Shown one piece after another: positions 10,884-19,774 of a stretch of DNA of 20,000 bases. The notes beneath the pieces were generated by a model. It saw only the letters and a program-made list of their open reading frames with translations, searched no databases and had not been told where the DNA came from. The number at the start of each line of letters is the position of its first letter. The first letter of the stretch is position 1. A program made the position numbers and the translations under genes. This stretch comes from Chiloscyllium plagiosum (Eukaryota): positions 58,955,139 to 58,975,138 of the forward strand of contig NC_057719.1 in the NCBI RefSeq assembly GCF_004010195.1. The letters are read 5' to 3'.

Positions 10884-12177
10884 ATTTTTTTCCCGAACTT
10901 CTGACACTTTTTTTTATTTCTATAAAACCCCCACACTGCCGCCTAACTGCGGTCGTGCTTATTTCTCCCCCACACCCATGTTGTGTGTGAGACACAGTGA
11001 AAGACACAAGGTGTAAACACTTCTGTTTATTTGTTATTTTTTCTTTTTTTTTCTTTTTGTTTGTTTCTTTCTTTACCCCCTCACTACCGCCTAACTGTGG
11101 TAGTGCTTATTTTTCCCCAGCACCCATATTATGTGTGTGTGCAGGTGTGAGACACAGTGAAAGACACAAGATGTATGAATCATTATTCAGTTTCCACCAC
11201 CAGGAAGAAAAGAAACACCCAAGTGGCCAGTGACAGGCAGTGCCCTTCACATCAAAGGGCAATACTGCATGATCAAACAGTAAAGGGAACACTCCTGTTT
11301 ATATTTTTTTATGAAAATATAAACTGATCCAGCTCCCTCATAGCCAGCTCTCAGGGTGAACAGGATGTCTGATACTCCTGTTCTTTTTTTATCTTTCCCC
11401 ACACTACCGCCTAACTGCGGTAGTGCTTATTTTCTCCAGCACCCATGTTGTGTGTGTGCAGGTGTGAGACGCAGTGAAAGACACAAGGTGCACGAATCTT
11501 TATTCAATTTCCACCAGCAGGAAGAAAAGAAACACCCAAGTGGCCAATGTCAAGCAGTGCCCTTCACCTCAAAGGGCAGTGTTGCATGATCAAACAGTGA
11601 AGGGAACACTCCTGTTTATTTTTTTTTGTTTTTCCCCCACACTACGCCTAACTGCGGTAGTGCTTATTATTTTTTCCCCCAGCACCATGGTGTGTGTGTG
11701 TATGTGCAGGTGTGAGACACAGTGAGAGACACAACTCACAATAGGCAAACACCCGGGTGGCCAGTGACAAACATTGCCCTTCACATCAAAGGGCAGTGCT
11801 GTGTGATCAAAACAGTGAAGGGGAGGGTAGGGACTAAATCAAAATAGAATTGGAGGGAGAAATGATGCACTCCACTCCCTGCGGCGCCCACCTCTCCCTG
11901 AACAACTCCAGGGATTCCTGTTTATTTTAGTTTTTTTAAATTATTTTTTATTTTTTTTTAATTTAACCCCCACACTACCGCCTAAGTACGGTAGTGTTTA
12001 TTGTTTCCCAGCACGCATGGTGTGTGTGTGCAGGTGTGAGACACAGTGAGAGACACAAAGTGCACGAATCTTTATTCGATTTCCACCACCAGGAAGACAG
12101 GAAAACACCCAAGTGGCCAGTGATAAACACTGCCCTTCACATCAAAGGGCAATGTTGCATGATCAAACAGTGAAGGG
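10884..12177 (-). mobile_element. Head-to-tail array of at least five 5'-truncated Tx1-clade non-LTR retrotransposon 3' ends (10909-11014, 11031-11287, 11383-11604, 11620-11913, 11926-12177)
   Basis: Each copy has a poly(A) tail (T-run on +) and a terminal CACTACCGC-N6-GCGGTAGTG hairpin, most have an AATAAA-like signal, and copies are separated by the LTR-derived motif (A)ACACTCCTGTTTAT; the longest copy encodes an ORF2-like C-terminus. Confidence 0.8.
11834..11911 (-). pseudogene. C-terminal fragment of a Tx1-like ORF2 (LELFRERWAPQGVECIISPSNSILI*)
   Basis: Own translation; the FRERWAPQG motif followed by a stop and the 3' UTR resembles Tx1-family ORF2 ends as recalled. Confidence 0.72.
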
Positions 12178-12513
12178 AACACTCCTGTTTATATCTGTCA
12201 GCCAGGGCTCCCTGATTGGACCAAGTTAACAGTTCCAATCAGGGAACTCAGATTCTATGGCATCCATCTGGTTGACCTAGTTCCAATCATGACCTACACA
12301 AATATTTATCGCCACATTTGAGTGATCAAATTACTTTTATATTATTGCCAGAAGTTAAGTTTGTTGTATATGTTGGAGCTGTTGAATGTTATTGCACTAA
12401 GCAGTTTTGATACATGTGTGATACTTCATGTTGTTTCTCTGTACTTTCTAGAAATCATAAGTAAGTTATCTTGTATTTTACTGAAACGTTATTGAGAATC
12501 TTTTCCTTTGCAG

Positions 12514-12627
12514 GCATATCATTTAGCGATTGCAGATCTAACTGAAGCAATAAATATGAACGAGACCTGCACCTTGGGTTATTTTAACAGAGCTGTCTGC
12601 TACCAGAAGATGAATGATCTTCAAAAG
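12514..12627 (+). CDS. TTC6: TTC6 coding exon (AYHLAIADLTEAINMNETCTLGYFNRAVCYQKMNDLQK); not in the supplied ORF track
   Basis: TTTTCCTTTGCAG acceptor ending at 12513, AAG|GTATAA donor at 12627/12628; 114 bp; continues the TPR from the previous exon; resembles human TTC6 LAITDLTTAI...NRALCY as recalled. Confidence 0.9.
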
Positions 12628-12929
12628 GTATAATGGAACAAACAGATTGTAAATTCTGAGGCTGAGTTGAATGTGATTTAAAAAAGGTCATTGTTATAAA
12701 GAGCAAGATGATCTACATTTTTCAGATGGCAATACAGTGGGATTTCAGTCTGCCTTTATTTGTCAACATTTTGTAAGTGTTCTATAAACCTCTGTCCCTC
12801 TGGAAATATGGTGATAAAGTCGTACTCTTGATTGGGGAAAGCTGATTGGGAAAGCAAAGTTAATTTTGACAAGTTGTGACATTAATTAAATGTAAATGCA
12901 TGCAGATTGGCCTCCCCCCTGATTGACAA

Positions 12930-13245
12930 CATACACAAACCAACAGCCACTCTCAGACAACAACTCACCAAAACTAAGGACATGTGTTTGTTGATGGAGT
13001 TTGTGGATTGGCACTCATCCACAAACTCCATCAACAAACACCTAGACCTGGACCCAATATACTGGCCACTACAACGGACAGCTGAAACTGACGACCGGAA
13101 GCGGCAAGGACAGGCCACTATAAATGCCGGAGGAAACACCACAGAAGCGCTTCACAGGAGGCTCCCAAGCACTGAGGATGTCACCTAGACAGGGGACGAA
13201 ACGTTTGCAACAAAAACTTCCAGCTCGGCGAACAGAACCACAGCA
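12930..13245 (+). mobile_element. Penelope-like element 3' fragment with pLTR and hammerhead ribozyme
   Basis: Peptides HKPTATLRQQL and WHSSTNSINKHLDLDPIY are homologous to the element at 17758-18282; hammerhead at 13169-13208; 25-bp internal inversion. Confidence 0.82.
13169..13208 (+). ncRNA. Minimal type I hammerhead ribozyme (Penelope-associated)
   Basis: GCA-CTGAGGA-T-GTCACCT/AGGGGAC-GAAAC-GTT-TGC: both core boxes intact, stem I GCA/TGC, palindromic AACGTT in place of stem III. Confidence 0.7.
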
Positions 13246-14849
13246 TACTCAATCTACTATCTGAAAAGGGAGAAACAGAAATTTATCTCAACATCAAAAA
13301 TCTGCTTTTAGCCTCTTGCCAGGTTAAGTTAACCCATCTACCATTTTCCTCACTATGCGGTGACTGGACGACTCTACCCATCATCTTTCAAAGTGTTTGC
13401 AGTACCTATCCAGTGCACTGATCTGGTTCTGAGCTTATACTGGCCGTTCCCATAGGACTTTCCCATGTATCTTGTGGGGAACATTTAGCTGCATTGTTTT
13501 GAGTAGTGACTCTGGATCTGGCCAGCAGAACACTACCTTCCAGTCAGCTGTCTTCGCTGTTAGAACAACACTGTCACTTTGTTTGCTCTATCTATTCAGG
13601 TCATCCCTAGCTTACTGAAAGAACATCTATGATTCTTCATTTTTGTTGGTCTCATCTCTGACTTAAGTCCATTTTAGTGGTGCTTTGGATGAAGATCTTA
13701 GACCTTTTGTCTTATGTTCTCCTGTGATGACAAACTGTGTTCTCTCTCTCCATGACTTTGTATAGATAGGTGGTCATGGTCTTTCACATCTACACCAGAG
13801 ATCTGAATATTACCAATTTGTTTTGCTGCTCCTTTATATCCTGTGTGTTTCTCAGCTACTTTCTGCTGCAATACATCCTGGCTTACTTTGAAATCAATAG
13901 GCAGACAGAGGAATTTATACTGATCAAATGACTGAATCTGGAAGAGTGCGCCATTGCCCTAGTTCCACTACACCACGGGATTCAACATAAAATATTTATT
14001 CTGATTACCCAGATAACCAATGAAATACTTTATCCATTTCAATTTTAAGTAAAAGGGTCAATTGTATTTCTTAGTAAATGCAATCATCAGGTTTATTATC
14101 AAAACAGAATGTAATCATTAAGATGCAACACTGGTTAACAGCACATCAGTTAATGAATTATAAATGCTTATCCCTCTAAATATCTACCAGACATGATTCT
14201 CTGCAGCAATTGGCTTTCTGAAAAAAAAACAAAGTGACAAATGGGTTATTCTTGAAGGCAAAAGAAGGTAGTATAAGATATTCTAATGTCTGTGGCTTTG
14301 ATGTTCTAATTTGTGATCAATTCATTGATTAGGTATGGTTGTCTCTGAAGTCTTGAAAACATAACTTGCTCAGAAACTACAATTGTAAGCTGTTTCTTCA
14401 GTCACTTTTTTCAAAAGATCAAATTAGAGAGATCAGATTGGCAGCTTATTCTAAGCTTGACAGCTTGTTTTTAACAGGTATCCCTCCAATTCAGCTGGTT
14501 CTTTGCAGGCTTCCCTTTAATCAGAGAATAATAAGAACTTTCTCCAAGCCAGCCGTTATTCCAGTGATATGTTTTGCAGGAAACCTTATTAAAAATCCTC
14601 AGTGTCAACAGAAAATTTTCAAAGATGCCACTCCAGATAACTTCAGAAAACTGTCAAAGAGAACTGCAGGACAGTAGATGTCAAATTATCTGAAAAATAG
14701 TTGATGATCAAGAAGGAAAGAGAGGGAGAAATCAAGAACAACCTCTATCACTGGAGAAAATGTATGCCAAAGGATTGAAGGCCATCATGTCCTCTGCATC
14801 TAATTCTCAGGGTGTTTGACAGGGTAGATACTCACAAGGCATTGTCATG

Positions 14850-15085
14850 CTTTTAATCACAATTACCCATTACATCAGCTTCCATATTTCTTGCTACATT
14901 GTGGTTACTGTTTGGACCCCTGAGATCACTCCCATAAGTGACATTTTCCCCCTACTGTTTCTCAACTCCATCCGACCTGATTCTTCATCCTGATATCCTG
15001 AGCCAAGATCAGCTCTAAGTTTCGCATCAATACCATCTTTGATAAAGAGTGCTATCCTTCCACTTCCACGTAGCTTCCTATTCTT
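14850..15085 (-). mobile_element. CR1 LINE fragment (AP-endonuclease region)
   Basis: ORF 14894-15097 GSGRIALFIKDG...DLGS...ESGRMELRNSRGKMSLMGV resembles the CR1 ORF2 endonuclease (GGGVALxIK...ESxWxELRN). Confidence 0.7.
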
Positions 15086-15254
15086 CTTCAGTATCATATT
15101 GATGCCTTATATCCTGCAAACATATGGTGGTCACAAGCTGGGAAAAAAAACAGATGGATTTAAGAGTTTTTTTAAAAAGCCATATGCAACTAGGTCTATC
15201 ATGTTTTCAAATCAAATTTATTGTTCAGTTTATATATTCTGTAACTTTTTTCAG

Positions 15255-15374
15255 GCATTGAAAGACTATGGAATAGTTCTGCTCCTTGGCAGCGACAAAA
15301 GGTTAACTTTGAAGGTGCTCGTTAATCGTGGTCTGTTATATTTGAAGATGGACGACCACCAGAATGCACTAAAG
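15255..15374 (+). CDS. TTC6: TTC6 coding exon (ALKDYGIVLLLGSDKRLTLKVLVNRGLLYLKMDDHQNALK)
   Basis: TTTTTTCAG acceptor ending at 15254, AAG|GTCAGC donor at 15374/15375; 120 bp; DYGIVLLL...NRGL motif recalled from vertebrate TTC6. Confidence 0.9.
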
Positions 15375-15924
15375 GTCAGCAGAACAAACATGACAAAGGA
15401 CTTCCAGCAAGAAAAGAATGATAAACTTTTGGTGCACTTTTGGAGATTGGCAGAACGTAGATTTGTGCAGTTTCCAAATGGTGACTTTGAATTTTAGCCA
15501 TGTGAAGGCAAAAAAACATAATACATCAGCTCTGGCACTTCGAGCAGATCATACGCAATTTGTAGGGAACCTGATAATTATGATGATTGCTGGTAATGGA
15601 AGGTATGAGGGCTATGGTGGTAGGTATAGGGACCAGAGGTTGGTTTGGAGGGCATGAGGGGCTATGGATTGGCATAAATGGGGTATAGGAAGCATGGGGG
15701 TTGAGGGGTTGAGGGCTAAATGGATAGAGTTTGCGGAATTCCTACTCTCATGGCACTCCTCCACATTTGGCAGCCCCAAAGGCTGACTCTGAACTGTCTC
15801 CAAAGCCTGACCTCCATTGACATCAGCCCTCCGGCCCCAACATCAAAAATCTGACTGATTATCTGGGGTCCCTTCTCCCAAGTTGGGTTTGTAGGTCTAC
15901 ACTCCTGACGCAGGAGTGAAAATT

Positions 15925-18900
15925 AAAAGACCATAAAATATAGGAGCAAAATTAGGCTATTCAGCCCATCAAACCTAATCCAGCATTTGATCATTGCTGA
16001 TTTGTTTCTCAAGCCCATTCTCCTGCCTTCTCCCCATAACTCTTGATCCCCCATACCAATCAATCAAGAACCTATCTTTGTCCTAAGTACACTCAATGGC
16101 TTCCCCTCCACCTCCCTTAGTGGCAATTAGTTCAGCCTCAGTAGCACATATCTGCTCTTGTATTCTAGCCCTTTTGAAATGAATGCTAAAATTGCATTTG
16201 TCTTCCAAACTGCCAAATAAACCTGTATATTAACCTTAAGTGAATCCTAAACTAGGATTCCCAAGTCCCTTTGTGCTTCAGATTTCTGAAGCATGTCGCC
16301 ATTTTGAAAATAGTTTACACCTCTTTTCTTCCTATCTAGTGTATAACCTAATGTAATTTTCTTTGTTCTCTGATCTTTCCCACATTGTATTCATCCACCC
16401 AGTCTGCTAGTCTGTCCAAGTCTTTCTGCTGCCTCCCTGCTTCCTCAACATAACCCATCCCTCCATCTATGCTTGTGTCATTTTCAAACTTAGCAAAAGC
16501 ACTCAGTTCCTTCATCCAGTTTGTTAATCGATAACATGAATAATTGTGGTTCAAACACTGACCTGCGAAACTCCATTAGTCACCGGCCTCCATCTTGAAA
16601 AACACCTTTATCGCCAATTTTTGCCTTCTGCCAGTCCTCTATCCGTGCCAGTACCTTGGGGTCTTATCTTATTCAGACACCTCCCGTACAGTACCTTGTT
16701 AAAGGCCTTCTGAAGATCCAAATAAATCCACTGGCTGTCCTTTGACTAAATAGTTTGTTACCTCCTCAAAGAATTTGAGTAGGATTTGTCAGGCATGTCC
16801 TGGATATAGGTTTGCTCGCTGAGCTGGAAGGTTCATTTCCAGACGTTTCATCACCCGACTAGGTAATACCTTCAGTGGCGTCCAGGCAAAGCACTGTTCA
16901 TGATTCCTGGTTTCTATTTTATGTTTGTGTTCCTTTGGGTTGATTATGTCATTTCCTGTGGTGATGTCATTTCCAGTTATTTTTCTCAGGGGGTGGTAAA
17001 TGGGGTCTAACTCGATGTGTTTGTTGATAGAGTTCCAGTTGGAATGCCATGCTTCAAGGAATTATCATGCTTGTCTCTGTTTGGCTTGTCCTAGGATGGA
17101 TGTGTTGTCCCAGTCGAAATGGTGTCCTTCCTTGTCTGTATGTAAGGATAGTAGTGAGAGAGGGTCATGTCGTTTTGTGGCTAGTTGATGTTCATGTATC
17201 CCGGTGGCTAGTTTTCTGCCTGTTTGTCCAATGTATTGTTTGTTACAGTTCTTGCACGGTATTTTGTAAATGACATTCGTTTTGCTCCTTGTCTGTATAG
17301 GATCTTTCAAGATCATTAGCTGCTGTTTTAGTGTGTTGGTGGCATACCCTTACTGGCATAAAATCCACTAAAGAGGAGGAAAATAACAACAAACTGCCAT
17401 TCTTAGATGACAGGTAGAACGAACAGCCAATGGGCAACTTCAAACCAGCGTCTACAGGAAAACAACACATATGGACCAAATATTGAACTACAGAAGCAAT
17501 CATCCCAATATCCAGAAACAAAGCTGCATCAGAACATTATTTCAATGAGCCAACACACACTGCAGCACAGAGGAACTACGCAAAGCAGAGAAAGAATGGG
17601 TACCCAGTGAACACAATCTACCGATTTCTCAGCAACAAACCCAAACAAGCAGACAAAACACGTCCAGAAACCCTAACCACTCTCTCCTACATCAAAGACA
17701 TCTCGGAAATGACTGCCAGACTACTCAGACCCCTTGGCATCATGGTAGCCCACAAACCCACCAACACTCTAAAACATCAGCTAATGATCTTGAAAGACCA
17801 TATATAGACAAGGAGCAAAATTAATGTCATTTACAAAATACCGTGCAAGAACTGTAACAACAATACACTGGACAAACAGGCAGAAAACTAGCCACTAGAA
17901 TATATGAACATCAACTAGCCACAAAAAGACATGACCTTCTCTCACTAGTATCCTTACATACAGATAAGGAAGGATACCACTTCAACTGAGACAACACATC
18001 CATCCTCGGACAAGCCAAACAGAGACACACACGAGAATTCCTAGAAGCATGGCATTCCAACTGGAACTCTATCAACAAACACATCGAGTTAGACCCCATC
18101 TACCACCACTGAGAAAAAGAATAGGAAATGACATCACCAACCCAAAGAAACCCAAACATATAAATAGAAAGCAGGAATCATGAAAAGTGCTTTGCCCGGA
18201 GGCCCACTGAAGATGTTACCTAGTAGGGTGATAAAATGTCTGGAAGTGAACCTGCCAGCTCAGCAAGCAAACCTACATCCAGAACTTCAACCTGAGCTAC
18301 AAATCTTCTCAAAACTCACTAAGGCATGTCCTCCCTAGACAAAGCTGTGCTGATTCAGGTCCATTTTATTCTGCACTTCCAAGTACTCCACATTCCTATC
18401 CCAATAATAGACTCTAAACTCTTCCCAACCATTGAAGTCAGGCTAACCAGTCTATAGTTTTCTGTCTTCTGCCCTCTTCCCTTCTTGAACAGAGGTATTA
18501 CAGTAGCCATTTTCCAGTCCTTTGGAACTGTCCCAGATTCCAGTGATTCCTGAAAGGTCACCATCAATGCCTCCACAATCTCCTCAGCTATCTCCTTCAG
18601 TACTCCAGAATGTAGTCCATCCAGTATGGGTAATGTATCCACCTACAGACCTTTCAGCTTCCCCAGCACCTTCACCTTAATGTTGGCCAATACACTAAAC
18701 TCTGACCCTGAACACTTTTGAAGTTCTGGAATGCTACTGCTGTCTTCCACAGTGAAAATGGATGCAAATGATCAATTCAGTTCCTCCGCCATTTGTTCGT
18801 TCCCCATTGCTACTTTTCCAGCCTCATTTTCCAATCGTTCAATGTTCACCCTTGCCTCTTTCTTACTTTTTAGATATCCCTCCCTGTTTAGAAACCTCTC

Positions 18901-19313
18901 CCTGTTATTGCTTTTTTAGTTACCCTCTGGTAATTTTTAAAAGCTTCCCAATGCTCTGGCTTCCTACTGATCTTCATCACATTGTCTTTCTTTTCTATTC
19001 CTTTATGCTGTCCCTCACATGACTTATCAACCATAGTTGCCTCATGCTTCCCTTAGTATGTATCTTCTTCCTTGGGAGGAATTTCTGATGTGCCATACGA
19101 ATTGCCACCAGAAATCCCTGTCATTGCTGCCCCGCTGCCTTCCCTGCTAGGGTATCCTTCCAATCAACTCTGGGCAGCTCCTCCCTCATGTCATTGTAGT
19201 TATCTTTACTGAATTGTAATAGCGTTGCACCCAATTCCAACCTCTCCCGCTCAAACTGCAGGGTGAACTCTGTCACACTATGGTCACTCTGCCCAAGGGG
19301 TTCCTTTACCTTC
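15925..19313 (-). mobile_element. 5'-truncated CR1 LINE, interrupted by a Penelope-like insertion
   Basis: Endonuclease end PLGQSDH (19121-19354); RT DGLHSGVLKE...PKDWKMATVIPLFKKG...NYRLVSLTS (18355-18642); KFENDT...QKDLDRLADW (degenerate FADD, 16348-16554); 3' tail near 15925. Confidence 0.9.
16801..18321 (+). mobile_element. Penelope-like retroelement (GIY-YIG type), 5'-truncated with a large inverted duplication
   Basis: GIY-YIG motif NVIYKIPCKNCNKQYIGQTGR; ~16800-17342 is the inverted copy of ~17758-18282; direct repeat AGGCATGTCC(T) at 16791-16801 and 18322-18332; degenerate hammerheads at 16839-16878 (-) and 18204-18243 (+). Confidence 0.9.
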
Positions 19314-19774
19314 AGCGACTTTTCAGGCCTTTTAGTGCAGGTGACCTCCAGCAAATTAGTTCAGGAACACAGTCTAGGCTGCATTATACTGATTATCCCG
19401 AACACAACAGGCGTGAACACACGTTCACACCTGAAAGGTGAACATTTAACAATGATTGTTCGGGATAGAGTGAAGGGACTATATCTGAAAAAGGGGTTAC
19501 ATTTTCTACATAGCTAGATTTCAGAACCTCTTTTAAAATCAATTTGTAGTTGAATGCAACATGCACATTGCAAGCTTCTATCAGTTGTTGTATTCAACGT
19601 ACTCAGGTCTGCATGCGGCTTAGTCAATGACCCTGAAGTAATTTGCTGGAAGTCACCTGCACCACAAGGCCTGAAATTTCACTCAGGGGTGCAGACCCAC
19701 AAACCCAAATCAGTGGAAAGGACCCCACATAGTCAGGTTTTTGGTGCTTGGGGTGGAGGGAAGATATTAATAGG

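Larger units (their letters stand above)
6307..12298 (-). mobile_element. Decayed Gypsy (Metaviridae, K02A2.6-like) LTR retrotransposon with both LTRs
   Basis: Minus-strand order gag-PR-(RT)-RNaseH-IN; homologous direct-repeat LTRs at 6307-6512 and 10762-12298 (interrupted); polypurine tract at 6513-6522; many stops and frameshifts. Confidence 0.9.
10762..12298 (-). repeat. 5' LTR of the Gypsy element, split at the putative TATA box by ~1.3 kb of stacked insertions
   Basis: 10762-10883 matches 6307-6441 and 12178-12250 matches 6426-6498; degenerate PBS-like CTTGTAATCA/CTCGTAATCA just inside the LTR. Confidence 0.85.
15827..19760. mobile_element. Inverted-repeat (MITE/foldback-like) element whose left arm (15827-15924 plus 19321-19365) is split by a CR1; right arm 19632-19760
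   Basis: 19321-19365 matches the reverse complement of 19632-19676 at 41/45 positions; 15827-15924 aligns with the reverse complement of 19677-19760. Confidence 0.7.

Noticed and set aside
10997..11784. Similar short Cys-rich ORFs in the array
   Set aside because: Chance translations of the repeated 3' UTR, TG runs and tails; no consistent start or frame between copies.
10909..12177. Simple satellite or minisatellite
   Set aside because: Units differ in length and truncation point, have individual tails, and one encodes an ORF2-like C-terminus.
10868..12194. CRISPR-like look: a short motif repeated with intervening sequence
   Set aside because: The intervening units are homologous to each other, 100-300 bp long and poly(A)-tailed; the context is a vertebrate intron with no cas genes.
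13330..13880. Possible old LINE remnant
   Set aside because: Composition is suggestive, but I could not identify a diagnostic motif.
14366..14677. 103-aa ORF
   Set aside because: Non-ATG start, no recognisable domain, and no convincing splice signals.
15039..15497. 152-aa ORF (also 116-316 and 2073-2381) as standalone genes
   Set aside because: These are TTC6 exons with in-frame intronic read-through; TPR similarity is confined between the AG and GT sites.
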